The notes beneath the pieces were generated by a model that had not been told where the DNA came from, searched no databases, and was given only the letters and a program-made list of their open reading frames with translations. Positions 10,384-20,374 of a stretch of 64,000 bases of DNA are shown here, piece by piece. Each line of letters begins with the position of its first letter. The stretch's first letter is position 1. Where the stretch lies: contig OZ224045.1 in the NCBI GenBank assembly GCA_963665325.3, positions 1,664,001 to 1,728,000 of the forward strand, written 5' to 3'. Source of the DNA: Alphaproteobacteria bacterium (GTDB lineage Bacteria; Pseudomonadota; Alphaproteobacteria; Bin95). The position numbers and the translations under genes are program-made.

Positions 10384-10502
10384 GTAAGCGGTGTGAGCGG
10401 AGCACCCGGATTTCAGCTTGACGAGGTCGGAACGCTCCAGGGCAGGAGCTCGTCGATGCGGCTGTTTGGATGGCCGGCGGCGATGGCTTCGAGGGTGGCC
10501 TT
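10384..10502 (-). mobile_element. IS66-family remnant (TnpC C-terminus plus right terminal repeat)
   Basis: Minus strand encodes KATLEAIAAGHPNSRIDELLPW, the typical IS66 TnpC end. GTAAGCG terminus at 10384. Confidence 0.8.
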
Positions 10503-10546
10503 TGGCCCTGGCGAGACCTTCGCGCGTGCGTTCGGAGATGAGGTCG

Positions 10547-11983
10547 CTACGCCATTAGGTCGATGAGATTCGGGCGCGGCCTGCGCCGGGCAGGCAGGCT
10601 GCCGGCGATGTAACGCTCGAGCGCCGCGGCAACGCCGAGCAGTTCGCGATCACCATAGCGTTTGCCGGAGACCTGCAACCCAAACGGCGCGCCGGTTGGG
10701 TCGAGGCCGCAGGGCAACGTCACTGCCGGATGCGCGGTCAAGGTGATGCCGTAAGTGAGGCCCAGCCAGTGGAAATAGCTCCTCAGTTCCTCGCCGCTAA
10801 TGTGTGTCGGGTAGAGCTGTTCGACGGGGAAGGGCGGCACAGCCGCGGTCGGCGACAGGAGGATGTCGAACTCCTCCATGAAGTTGAGGAAATCGCGGTA
10901 GAGCCGGTTCTGCCGGGCCTGCGCGAAGGCCGCATCGGCGAAGGAATAGCCGCGCGCCTGCTCCATGTTGGCGACCAGGTTTGGGCCGAGCAATTCGGGC
11001 CGGTTCTCGTAGTGATCGATGAAGCCCGTGTAGAAGGACATCGCGCGCAGAATCTCGAAGATTTCATTGCTGCCTTCGAGCGGCGGATCGACCTCGACTG
11101 TCTCGCGGAAGCAGCTCTTCAGATCGGCGACGGCCGCATTGAAGGTTTCGCGGATACGCGTATCCACCGGCGCGAAACCGAGATCGGCCGAGACCGCTAC
11201 GCGCAAACTGCCGAGATCGATCTCGGGCGGCGTTGCGAGCGCCGTCGGGTCGACCGGGTATGAGAGCGGGTCCACGGGATCGTAACCGGCGATCGCCGAG
11301 AACATCAGTGCCGTATCCGCGACATCCCGGCCCATCGGTCCTTGCACCGAGATCGGCGTGTAGCCGATGCCGCGCCGCGACATCGGCACGAGACCCGGGC
11401 TCGGCCGGAAGCCGATGACGCCGCAATAGGCTGCAGGCGTCCTGAGCGAGCCGCCGGTGTCGGAGCCGGTGGCCAACGGCGCCATGTCGCAGGCCAATGC
11501 CACTGCCGAGCCGCCGGACGAGCCGCCGCAGATCCGTGTCGGGTCGAACGGATTGCCGGTCGGCCCGAAGACCGGGTTTCTGGTGTTAGCGCCGGCGCCG
11601 AACTCGGGAACGTTGGTCTTGCCTACCGTGATCGCGCCGGCCTTGCGCACTGCCGCCACCAGCCGTTCATCCTCTTCCGGCACATTGTCGGCGAAGATCG
11701 GGCTGCCGAAGGTTGTCCGCACGCCCCCCGAGACCATCGTCTCCTTGATGCCGATCGGCAGTCCGTGGAGCGGTCCGAGAGCTTCTCCGGACAGCACCGC
11801 GCTCTCGGCGGCGCGGGCCTCTTCTTCCGCGCGTTCCCAGCAGAAGGTGACGAAGGCGTTGAGGCGCGGATTCACCGCCTCGATCCGCGACCGGCAGCTT
11901 TGCAGGAGCTCGACGGGGGAGATTTCCCGGGCGCCGATCATCCGCCGGAGCTCGACGGCAGAGAGTTCGCAGAGTTCGTCCAT
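10547..11983 (-). CDS. Amidase-signature amidase
   Basis: IKET, GKTNVPEFGAG, GGSSGGS, GSDTGGSLR. Last gene of the peptide ABC operon. Confidence 0.9.
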   Translation of the reverse strand: MDELCELSAVELRRMIGAREISPVELLQSCRSRIEAVNPRLNAFVTFCWERAEEEARAAESAVLSGEALGPLHGLPIGIKETMVSGGVRTTFGSPIFADNVPEEDERLVAAVRKAGAITVGKTNVPEFGAGANTRNPVFGPTGNPFDPTRICGGSSGGSAVALACDMAPLATGSDTGGSLRTPAAYCGVIGFRPSPGLVPMSRRGIGYTPISVQGPMGRDVADTALMFSAIAGYDPVDPLSYPVDPTALATPPEIDLGSLRVAVSADLGFAPVDTRIRETFNAAVADLKSCFRETVEVDPPLEGSNEIFEILRAMSFYTGFIDHYENRPELLGPNLVANMEQARGYSFADAAFAQARQNRLYRDFLNFMEEFDILLSPTAAVPPFPVEQLYPTHISGEELRSYFHWLGLTYGITLTAHPAVTLPCGLDPTGAPFGLQVSGKRYGDRELLGVAAALERYIAGSLPARRRPRPNLIDLMA

Positions 11984-12966
11984 TATCGGACCTCGCCGGT
12001 TTCCATGGCCGGATCGAACAGGTGGCACTCCACCATCGCGCCGCCGACCTTCATGTTTTTCGGCGCCTTGCCGGCGCACATATCGCGCTTGTGTATGCAG
12101 CGCGGATGGAAGGTGCAGCCGGAGGGCGGGTCGATTGGGTTCGGGAAGGTTGCGCCGAGATGGGCGTCCGGCACGCCAAGCTCGGGCTCGGGTGTAAGCA
12201 CCGAGTTCAGGAGCGCCTGGGTATAGGGATGCCGAGGCTCACCGAACAGCGTCTTGTTGTCGGTCTCCTCGATGATCCGGCCGAGATACATCACGGCAAC
12301 CCGCGTTGCGATGTGCTCGACCACCGCCAGGTTGTGGCTGATCAATACGTATGTCAGGTCGAATTCGCGGCGCAGGTCGAGGAGCAGGTTGAGAATCTGG
12401 CTCTGCACCGAGACGTCGAGCGCCGAGGTCGGCTCGTCGCAGATCACCACTTCGGGCCGCATGACCAGCGCGCGAGCTATTGCGACGCGCTGGCGCTGAC
12501 CGCCGGACAGTTGGTTCGGGTAACTGTCGTAAGCGCGGGACGGCAGGCCGCAGAGGTCCATGATCCGCCTGACCTCGCGCTCCCAGTCGCCCGGTCCGCC
12601 GACGCCGTGGACGCGCAGGGGCAGCGAGATGATCGAAGCGACGGACTTCCGGGGATTGAGAGAGGAATAGGGGTCCTGAAAGATCGGCTGAATGCGGCGC
12701 GCGACCTGCCTGCGGCCGAGGGAAGAGAGCGGCTCGCCATCGACCAGAATATCGCCCGAGGCCGGTGCCAGCAGGCCGAGCATCATCTTGGCGAGCGTGG
12801 ACTTACCGCAGCCGGACTCGCCTACCAGCCCCAGCACCTCGCCCTTGGCGATTTTCACCGAGACACCGTTGACAGCGGTCAGCGGACGCTTCGGGTGGAA
12901 TATGCCCTGGCGGACCCTGAAGACGCAGGTGAGATCGCGAGTTTCGAGGATCGGCTGCACGGTCAC
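11983..12966 (-). CDS. Peptide/nickel ABC ATP-binding protein (DppF/OppF-like)
   Basis: GESGCGKS, LSGGQRQR, HPYT and C-terminal Cys motif. Confidence 0.92.
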   Translation of the reverse strand: MTVQPILETRDLTCVFRVRQGIFHPKRPLTAVNGVSVKIAKGEVLGLVGESGCGKSTLAKMMLGLLAPASGDILVDGEPLSSLGRRQVARRIQPIFQDPYSSLNPRKSVASIISLPLRVHGVGGPGDWEREVRRIMDLCGLPSRAYDSYPNQLSGGQRQRVAIARALVMRPEVVICDEPTSALDVSVQSQILNLLLDLRREFDLTYVLISHNLAVVEHIATRVAVMYLGRIIEETDNKTLFGEPRHPYTQALLNSVLTPEPELGVPDAHLGATFPNPIDPPSGCTFHPRCIHKRDMCAGKAPKNMKVGGAMVECHLFDPAMETGEVR

Positions 12967-13976
12967 TGCCCGGCTTCCCTTCTGTCGAGGTCATCCGGGT
13001 CGAAGACGCAGCGCACCGACCGGCCCGGGCCGATCTCGCGGGACGGCACCGTCTTGCGGCAGCGCTCAATGGCGTGTTCGCACCGGTTTGCGAAGGCACA
13101 GCCTTTGATCTCGCCTATCAGCGACGGGACGATACCGGGAATCGAACCGAGATACTCGCCGGGCTCGGTGCGCCCGGGCACCGGGATGCAGCGCAGGAGG
13201 CCGCGTGTATAGGGGTGGCGGGGGTCGGAGAAGATTTCCTTGCCCGTGCCGGTCTCGACGATCTCGCCCGCGTACATCACCGCCACCCGGTCCGCAATGC
13301 GCGCTACCACGCCGAGATCGTGGGTAATGAGCATGACCGCCATCTGGAACTCGCGCTGGAGTTCCTTCAGGAGGTGCAGAATCTGCGCCTGGATGGTGAC
13401 ATCGAGCGCGGTTGTCGGCTCGTCGCAGATCAGAAGGTCCGGTCCGCACATCAGCGCCATCGCAATCATCACCCTCTGGCGAAGCCCTCCGGAGAGCTGG
13501 TGCGGGTACTGTCCCAACCGGCTGGCCGCCGCGGTGATGCCGACCTTCTCCAGGAGGAACATGGCTCGCTCGCGGGCCTCCCTCCGGCCGACATTGCGGT
13601 GCCGGAGCAGCGCCTCCACGAGCTGGTTGCCGATCGTGTAGGCCGGGTTCAGCGAAGTCATCGGCTCCTGGAAGATCATCGCCATCTTCAGCCCGCGCAC
13701 ATCCGACATCCTGCTCTCGCTGAGCGCGCTCAGGTCCTCGCCGTCAAGCTCCAGACAACCGGCCATCCGGATGGCGCCGGACGGCAACAGGTTCATCAGC
13801 GCTAGCGAGGTCAACGACTTGCCGCAGCCCGACTCGCCCACGATGCAGACCGTCTCGCCCTGATCGACATGGAAGCTAACGTCGCGCACGGGGTGCAGCG
13901 TTCCGGCCATCAGCGGGATGGACACGGACAGATTCTCGACCCGGAGGGTGACAGGGGTATGATCGATCGCAACCAT
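12963..13976 (-). CDS. Peptide ABC ATP-binding protein (DppD/OppD-like)
   Basis: GESGCGKS, FQEPMTSLNP, YPHQLSGG, DEPTTALDVTIQAQIL. Confidence 0.92.
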   Translation of the reverse strand: MVAIDHTPVTLRVENLSVSIPLMAGTLHPVRDVSFHVDQGETVCIVGESGCGKSLTSLALMNLLPSGAIRMAGCLELDGEDLSALSESRMSDVRGLKMAMIFQEPMTSLNPAYTIGNQLVEALLRHRNVGRREARERAMFLLEKVGITAAASRLGQYPHQLSGGLRQRVMIAMALMCGPDLLICDEPTTALDVTIQAQILHLLKELQREFQMAVMLITHDLGVVARIADRVAVMYAGEIVETGTGKEIFSDPRHPYTRGLLRCIPVPGRTEPGEYLGSIPGIVPSLIGEIKGCAFANRCEHAIERCRKTVPSREIGPGRSVRCVFDPDDLDRREAGQ

Positions 13977-13981
13977 CGGCG

Positions 13982-14887
13982 CTACCCGCGACTCTCGGGC
14001 GCGGTAACGTCCCGCGCGCCGTCGCCGAGCATATTGACCGCGAGAAGGAGCAGGAACAGCGCCGCTCCCGGGATCGCGATCAGCCAGGGATCGAACAGGA
14101 TGTAATTCCGTCCTTCCGAGACCATCAGTCCCCAGGACGGCAAGGGCGGCTGCACGCCGAGGCCGAGAAAGCTGAGCGCTGCCTCCAGAAGCACCGCATG
14201 GGCGAATTCCAGCGTTGCAACTACGATCAGCTGGTTCATCACGTTCGGCAGGATCTCGCGACTCAGGATGTACCAGGTCGAGCAGCCTGCTGCCTGCGCC
14301 GCGGCAACATAATCGAGCGCCCGTACCTGAAGCGTGCTGGCCCGCATCACCACCGCGTAGCGGTCCCAGAGGAGGAGGCCGAGGACCAGGACCACGATCT
14401 CAAGCGAGCCGCCGATCAACGCGACGACAGCGAGGCTGACCAGGATCACGGGCAGTGACAGGCGGCAGGTTATGAGGAAGGTGACGAATAGATCGATCCG
14501 CCCGCCGAAATAGCCTGCCGCCACCCCCATGACAGTGCCGATGACGCCTGAGATGATCGCCGCCAGGAAACCGATCGTCAGACTGATCCGGGCGCCGTAG
14601 ATCAGCCGGCTGAGATAGTCGCGGCCATTCTGGTCGGTGCCGAAAAAGTGCATCCAAGAGCCGCCCTCGTACCAGACCGGCGGCAGCAAGCGCTCATCCA
14701 GCACCTGGGCGTAGGGGTCGTAGGGCGCAATCAGCGGTGCGGCGAGAGCCATCAGGACGATCAGCCCGAGGACGATCCCCCCGATGACGATGCCTCGGTG
14801 GCCAAGCACGCGGCGGCGCATCCGCTGCCCCGGCGTCGGTCCGACGATCTCTGCTGGATCGGGCAGCGAGCGCATGACGATGCTCAT
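13982..14887 (-). CDS. Peptide ABC permease (DppC-like)
   Basis: GTDQNGRDYLSRLIYGARISL; EAALSFLGLG. Alternative TTG start at 14896. Confidence 0.9.
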   Translation of the reverse strand: MSIVMRSLPDPAEIVGPTPGQRMRRRVLGHRGIVIGGIVLGLIVLMALAAPLIAPYDPYAQVLDERLLPPVWYEGGSWMHFFGTDQNGRDYLSRLIYGARISLTIGFLAAIISGVIGTVMGVAAGYFGGRIDLFVTFLITCRLSLPVILVSLAVVALIGGSLEIVVLVLGLLLWDRYAVVMRASTLQVRALDYVAAAQAAGCSTWYILSREILPNVMNQLIVVATLEFAHAVLLEAALSFLGLGVQPPLPSWGLMVSEGRNYILFDPWLIAIPGAALFLLLLAVNMLGDGARDVTAPESRG

Positions 14888-14888
14888 G

Positions 14889-15806
14889 TCAGCCAACCCG
14901 GATGCGCGGATCGAGCCAGGCGTTCAGCAGGTCCGCCAGGAAGGTAAGGAAGATGTAGAAGAGCGCGAACAGGAGCAGCACCGCCTGCACAGTCGGGAAG
15001 TCGGAGCGTGAGATCGACTCCCAAGCCAGGTAACCCGCCCCGTGCAGCGCGAACACCGTCTCGATGATGACCGATCCGCCGAGCATGAAGCCGAACTGCA
15101 CGGCGCCGAGGCTGACCACCGGGATGATCGCATTGCGGAGCGCGTGCTTGAAGAGCACCTTCAGGGGCCGGAGCCCCTTGGCCCGCGCAGTGCGGATGTA
15201 GTCGGAATGCAGCACGTCCAGCATGCCTGTGCGCGTCAACCGCATGAACGCAGGCGTCGCGTAGTAGCCGAGCACGATCGTCGGCAGGATGAAGTTCTGC
15301 CATCCGTCCGAGCCCGAAGCGGGTAGGATCGGCCAGGTGAAGGCGAAGAGGACGATCAGCATCAGCGCGAACCAGAAGCTGGGCATCGCCTGACCAACCA
15401 CCGCAAGAAACAGCGCCGTTCGGTCGACTGCGCTGTTCGGGTACATCGCCGCCAGCACACCCAGCGGAATGGACAGGACGATGGCGAAGGAGATGGCGCA
15501 CACGCCCAATGTCATTGTCGTCGGCAGGCGTTCGGCGATGAGATCGGAGACGGGCAGACGGAAATAGATCGACTTGCCGAAGTCTCCTTGCACCGCATTA
15601 CCCAGCCAAGAAATATATTGCAGCCAGATCGGCCGGTCGAAACCGTAAGCCTTACGGATTGCCTCGATATCGGTGTCGGTCGCGTTCTCGCCGGCGAGCG
15701 CGGTCGCCGGGTCGCCCGTCATGTACAGGAGGCTGAACACCAAGGCCGAGACCACCAGCGAGACCAGGAGTGCCAGCAGAATGCGCTTGAACGTGTAGAG
15801 AAGCAT
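14889..15806 (-). CDS. Peptide ABC permease (DppB-like)
   Basis: DYIRTARAKGL, KHALRNA, IIETVF. Confidence 0.92.
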   Translation of the reverse strand: MLLYTFKRILLALLVSLVVSALVFSLLYMTGDPATALAGENATDTDIEAIRKAYGFDRPIWLQYISWLGNAVQGDFGKSIYFRLPVSDLIAERLPTTMTLGVCAISFAIVLSIPLGVLAAMYPNSAVDRTALFLAVVGQAMPSFWFALMLIVLFAFTWPILPASGSDGWQNFILPTIVLGYYATPAFMRLTRTGMLDVLHSDYIRTARAKGLRPLKVLFKHALRNAIIPVVSLGAVQFGFMLGGSVIIETVFALHGAGYLAWESISRSDFPTVQAVLLLFALFYIFLTFLADLLNAWLDPRIRVG

Positions 15807-15825
15807 CGGAACCGGCTGCCCGAAA

Positions 15826-15857
15826 GGACGGACCGCCGCCGGAGCGGCGGCCCGTTC
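15826..15857 (-). terminator. Intercistronic hairpin after the peptide-binding protein gene
   Basis: GGACGGaCCGCCGC-cgga-GCGGCGGcCCGTTC imperfect stem between the SBP stop and the permease start. Confidence 0.45.
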
Positions 15858-15860
15858 AGC

Positions 15861-17402
15861 CTATTGCCAGGACGCGGTGAAGAACCGCGGGATTTCATCC
15901 GCCGTCGGCGTCCAGTTCAGGTCCTTCGTCATGGCGTAGTTGGTCGGCCAGGTGAAAAGCGGTACCCAGTAGACTCGGTCGGCGATCTTTCCGAGAGCCT
16001 TGGTATAAGCGGCCTGACGGACTTCCCGGTTCATCGTCGAGCCGCCTTCCTTCAGCCATGCCTGCACCTCAGCGTCCTGATAAGTGTCGTCCGCGCCGCC
16101 GCCGAAAAAGTAGGTCGTGATCGCGTCGACATCCGGCACCGAGCCCGACCCCCAGGTCATGAACGCGAAGGGCACCTTGCCGCCGCGGATCGCATCGCGC
16201 GTCGCGGCGTATTTGCCGTAGCGAAGGTCGGTCTTGATGCCGACCGCGGAAAGGTAGCCGATCATCGGCTCCAGATAGTTGCGGTCGCGATAGGCGTAAA
16301 TCGGCGTCGAGAAGCCGTCCGGGTAACCCGCCTCGGCCAACAGCGCCTTGGCCTTCTCGACGTCGTAATCGTAGCGGGCGACATCCTGGGTGCAGCCGAA
16401 CTGTTCAGGATAGCATGCCGAGTGCACCACAACGGACCCGCCCTGCACGATGTTGTCGGCGATCGCCTGGCGGTCGATGGCGTGCGCGACGGCCTTGCGG
16501 ACGCGGACATCCTGGAAGGGGTTTTCGCCCGACCGGCCGGCTGCATCGAATGTGATGTAGCCGATCCGCATGGTCGATGCTGCCTTCACCTGAAGGTCGC
16601 CCATGCTCTCCAGACGATTGGCTTGGTCGGCCGGCACCTTGAATATCCAGTCGAGCTTGCCCGAGGCGAGCTCGATGATCTGGGTGTTTACGTCTGGAAT
16701 AGTGCGCTGGACGATCTTTCCGATCTGCGGCTGGCCCTTCGGGCTCCCTGCGAAATAATCGGGGAATTTCTCGAAGACGATGCGTTTGCCGGGCTCGACC
16801 TCCGTCACCATGTAGGGGCCGGTGCCCACAGGCTTCAGGCCCATGCCCTCTGGCCCGACCTCGGCATAGTAGTCCTTCGGGTAGATGGGAATATCGCCGG
16901 CGATGTACAGCAGTGCGAGCGGCGTCGTTTCCTTGGCGTGGACGCGCACGCTCATCGGGCCGGTCTTCTCGACGCTGGCGATCCAGTCGATCTGCTGGGA
17001 AATCAGTTTGGTGGAGCCCGGCTGCAACAGGAACTCGACGGTCGCCACCACATCCTCCGCCGTCAGGTCGGTGCCGTTGTGGAATTTCACACCCTCGCGC
17101 AGGACGAAATCGAACGTCTTGTCATCGACTACCTCGTAGCTTTCGGCGAGCAGCGGTTCGAATGCGCCGGACTTCGGGTCGCGCCAGATCAGCGTGTCCC
17201 AGACCAGACGGTTGACGATGATGCCCTCGCGCGCGTTCTGGAAGTAATAATCCAGCGTCGGTTGCTCGCGGCCCCAGGCGATATTCAGCGTATCGTCCGC
17301 CTTGCCGGCCATGGCCGGCCCGTGAATCCACACCGTTGCCGCGACCGCAATCGTCATCAGCAAGCGGGTCAGTCCTCCCTTTCGGGCCGAGATCCTCTTC
17401 AT
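15861..17402 (-). CDS. Peptide ABC substrate-binding protein (SBP family 5)
   Basis: Signal peptide; LREGVKFHNG, PVGTGPY, DVRVRKAVAHAIDR. Confidence 0.92.
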   Translation of the reverse strand: MKRISARKGGLTRLLMTIAVAATVWIHGPAMAGKADDTLNIAWGREQPTLDYYFQNAREGIIVNRLVWDTLIWRDPKSGAFEPLLAESYEVVDDKTFDFVLREGVKFHNGTDLTAEDVVATVEFLLQPGSTKLISQQIDWIASVEKTGPMSVRVHAKETTPLALLYIAGDIPIYPKDYYAEVGPEGMGLKPVGTGPYMVTEVEPGKRIVFEKFPDYFAGSPKGQPQIGKIVQRTIPDVNTQIIELASGKLDWIFKVPADQANRLESMGDLQVKAASTMRIGYITFDAAGRSGENPFQDVRVRKAVAHAIDRQAIADNIVQGGSVVVHSACYPEQFGCTQDVARYDYDVEKAKALLAEAGYPDGFSTPIYAYRDRNYLEPMIGYLSAVGIKTDLRYGKYAATRDAIRGGKVPFAFMTWGSGSVPDVDAITTYFFGGGADDTYQDAEVQAWLKEGGSTMNREVRQAAYTKALGKIADRVYWVPLFTWPTNYAMTKDLNWTPTADEIPRFFTASWQ

Positions 17403-17653
17403 GCGTTTTCTCCCCTGTTTCCCGATTGGCCACGACGCCAACGCTTCTCGCCCCGCGGAGCCAATCTACTGCCCGCCTCGACTGGGCGCGAATGCCCGTG
17501 CCGCAACATTGCCGCCGTTCGAGGCTGCCCGATGGAAGCCTCCGCAGGATCATCTGCCGAACGTATTAGTGCATACTCGGCCTCCGGTCCATTTCGCCAA
17601 TCGTTTCCGGGCCCAGTCGGGCTGGAGTGGGTCCCTGGGGCCGGACAGTTTCA

Positions 17654-18046
17654 TGCGGCGGCGTAAGAATGTGCCATGGGCTTGGCGGTAGCTTGTCCCC
17701 ATAGTCCATGGGAGGGCCCCGCGCGCGGGGCGGCGCGCCCTCCACCTGGCTGGCGTCGGCCCGCGCGTGGGAGGGACCTGTGGTCTATGGGGGCAAGCGG
17801 GTTATTCGGAGGGGGCCCTCGTCGCGACCGGCTCTGCTTGAGCCTGCAGCTTTCGCCGTTCATCTCCAGGATGTGGAAATGGTGGGTGATACGGTCGAGC
17901 AGCGCGCCGGTGAGGCGCTCGCTGGCGAAGAGCGAGGTCCGTTCCTGGAAGGGCAGGTTCGAGGTGACGATGGTGGCGCTGTTTTCGTAGCGGCGGCTGA
18001 AGATGTCGAACAGCAGCTCGCTTCCGGTCTGCGAGAGGGGCACGTA
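17654..18046 (-). mobile_element. istB: IS21-family remnant: istB 3' part plus one subterminal repeat
   Basis: GYVPLSQTGSELLFDIFSRRYE..IVTSNLPF..LTGALLDRITHH..MNGES.RL is the IstB C-terminus; Walker A is absent. Repeat TGGCACATTCTTACGCCGCCGCA at 17676-17654. Confidence 0.85.
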
Positions 18047-18208
18047 GCCCTTCTCGTAAAACGGCATGGTTGCCTTCTCCTTGCGGCACCGGCGGTCCGC
18101 GCGACCTGGTTCGCGAACCCGGCTTCATTCCAAGGCCCATGCGCTTGCAGCGCGAGGAGGCGCGCATATGCTTGGCCGGATCCCCGAACGCCAGGAGCCC
18201 GGACCCCC

Positions 18209-19327
18209 ATGACCGTCCCGGACACCGAAGAGTTGCTCGACGGCATCAACCGCTGGGTCGCCATCGAGAGCAAGACGGACGACCGCGACGGCATCGCCCG
18301 GATGATGGCGGTGGCGGAGGCGGATTTCCGCGTGGCCGGGCTGGTCACGGAGACGATCCCCGGCCGTGCCGGCTTCGGGGATCTCTTGGCGGCGCGCGCA
18401 CCCTGGGGCGGCGACGGGCAGGGCATCCTGGTGCTCTGCCATCTCGACACGGTCCACCCGGCCGGGACGCTGGCCGCCAACCCGTTGCGCACCGAGGGCG
18501 ACCGGGCCTACGGACCCGGCATCTACGACATGAAGGGCGGCGTGTGGATCGCGCTGTCTGCGATCCGCTCCCTCGCCGAAGCGGGAGAGAAGACGCCGCT
18601 GCCGGTCCGCTTCCTGGTGGTGTCCGAAGAAGAGGTCGGCTCTCCCACTTCGCAACCCCACATCGTTGCGGCGGCGGAGCGGGCGAAATACGTGCTGGTG
18701 ACGGAGCCCGCACGCGACGGCGGATGCTGCGTGACCGGCCGCAAGGGCGCGGCGCGGATGAAGATTGCGGCGCGCGGAAAGCCCGCCCATTCCGGCGTGT
18801 CGCACCGGGACGGAGAAAGCGCGGTGCTGGAGATCGCCCGGCAGATCGTCGATCTGGAGGCGATGACGGATTACGAGACCGGCGTGACCGTCAATGTCGG
18901 CCTGCTCTCCGGCGGCACGGGCGTCAATGTCGTGCCGGAATACTGCACGGCGGAGCTGGATATCCGCATGACCCGGCCGGAGGACGGCGCGGCCGCGGTG
19001 GCGAGGGTGCAGGGGATCAAGCCCTACAACCCCGCGGTCGAGCTGACCGTCAGCGGGGGGATGAACCGGCCCCCTTACCGGAAATCGAACGCCATCGCCT
19101 CGCTCTACGAACATGCGCGCGAACTGGCCTCCGAGATCGGCTTCGAGCTGGGCGAGACCTTCACCGGCGGCGGCAGCGACGGCAATTTCACCGCGCCGGT
19201 CGCGCCGACTCTGGACGGTCTTGGGGTAGACGGGGCCGGCGCGCACACGCTGGAGGAGCATCTCTACGTCTCCTCGCTGGTTCCCCGCACGATGCTGCTG
19301 AGGCGGCTCTTCCAGACATTGAGCTAG
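18209..19327 (+). CDS. M20-family metallopeptidase (carboxypeptidase G2-like)
   Basis: HLDTV, GPGIYDMKGG, SEEEVGS, EP, GGGSDGNF, GAHTLEE metal-binding motifs. Confidence 0.92.
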   Translation: MTVPDTEELLDGINRWVAIESKTDDRDGIARMMAVAEADFRVAGLVTETIPGRAGFGDLLAARAPWGGDGQGILVLCHLDTVHPAGTLAANPLRTEGDRAYGPGIYDMKGGVWIALSAIRSLAEAGEKTPLPVRFLVVSEEEVGSPTSQPHIVAAAERAKYVLVTEPARDGGCCVTGRKGAARMKIAARGKPAHSGVSHRDGESAVLEIARQIVDLEAMTDYETGVTVNVGLLSGGTGVNVVPEYCTAELDIRMTRPEDGAAAVARVQGIKPYNPAVELTVSGGMNRPPYRKSNAIASLYEHARELASEIGFELGETFTGGGSDGNFTAPVAPTLDGLGVDGAGAHTLEEHLYVSSLVPRTMLLRRLFQTLS

Positions 19328-20374
19328 AGCGTGATGATTTCATACGGAAGCGTATCCGGCGTTTTGGATGTAGTTGGCACATTCTTGGGGTGAGAAGCGG
19401 TCGAGGAGGGTGCCGATACGCTGCCATGTGGTTTCGGTGGTTCGTTCGGCGGCGTCTCGCAACAGATGTTTGAGTTTGGCGAAGACCTGCTCGATCGGGT
19501 TCAGGTCGGGACTGTATGGCGGCAGGAACAGCAAGTGGGCGCCGGCATTTCGGATGGCCTTTCTGACGGTTGCGTTTTTGTGGCTGGCAAGATTGTCCAT
19601 AACGACCACATCGCTTGGGGTCAGCGTGGGGACGAGGAAGTGTTCGACATAGGTTTGGAAGGCCTTGGCGTTGACCGGTCCGTCGAGGACGCAAGGCGCG
19701 TCGATCCGGTCGACGCGCAGTGCGGCAATGAAGGTCATGGTGCGCCAGTGGCCGTGCGGCGCGCGCCCGATCAGGCGTTTGCCCTTCGGCGCCCAGCCGC
19801 GCAGCGGAGCCATGTTGGTTTTGGCCCAGGTCTCGTCGATGAAGACCAGCCGGCGCGGATCAACCCGTTTCTGGTGGCGCTTCCAGCGCGTCCGTCGGCG
19901 CGCGACGTCCGGGCGGCATTGCTCGCTGGCCAGCGCGGTTTTTTTTGAACGAGTAGCCCGCCCGATGCACCGCCGACCAGACCGTGCGGTAATCCACCCG
20001 GAGGCCGCGCGCGGCCAACTCGCTCACCAGACCACGCAGGGTGAACGGGGTTTCGATCCGCTCCAGAAGCCAGTCCTCATACGCCCCGACGATCTTGCGC
20101 GGACGCCGCCCGCCGATCTTCGCCGGCGCGCAACTGCCGGTCGCCCGCAGACGCTGCGACCACTTCACGATACTCGACGGCGCCACAGCGAGCGCCGACG
20201 CCACCTGACGGACGCTCTGTCCCTCGGCCAACCGGACCATCGCACGTTCGCGCAAGTCCATCGAAATTGCACGGCTCATCGACCAAGCCTCCCCTGTCGC
20301 AAAAACAACAGTGAATCAGCTCAAGCCTGAAACTGGAATCCCCTTGCGATTCTCAATTAAATCATCACGCTCTA
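19325..20374 (-). mobile_element. IS630-family insertion sequence, apparently complete
   Basis: Perfect 16-bp inverted ends TAGAGCGTGATGATTT (19325-19340 and 20359-20374, counting the duplicated TA); CTAG at both junctions. Confidence 0.93.
19340..20279 (-). CDS. IS630 transposase split into two frames at an A8 run (19946-19939)
   Basis: HTH part MSRAISMDLRER..FKK. The shifted frame gives RLVFIDETW..MDNLASHK..LPPYSPDLNPIEQVF (DDE). Confidence 0.88.

Noticed and set aside
15588-17666. 692-aa plus-strand ORF and similar long shadows (1787-3502, 42824-44326, 46420-48810, 32793-34802)
   Set aside because: Each lies opposite a well-supported gene and has low-information composition.
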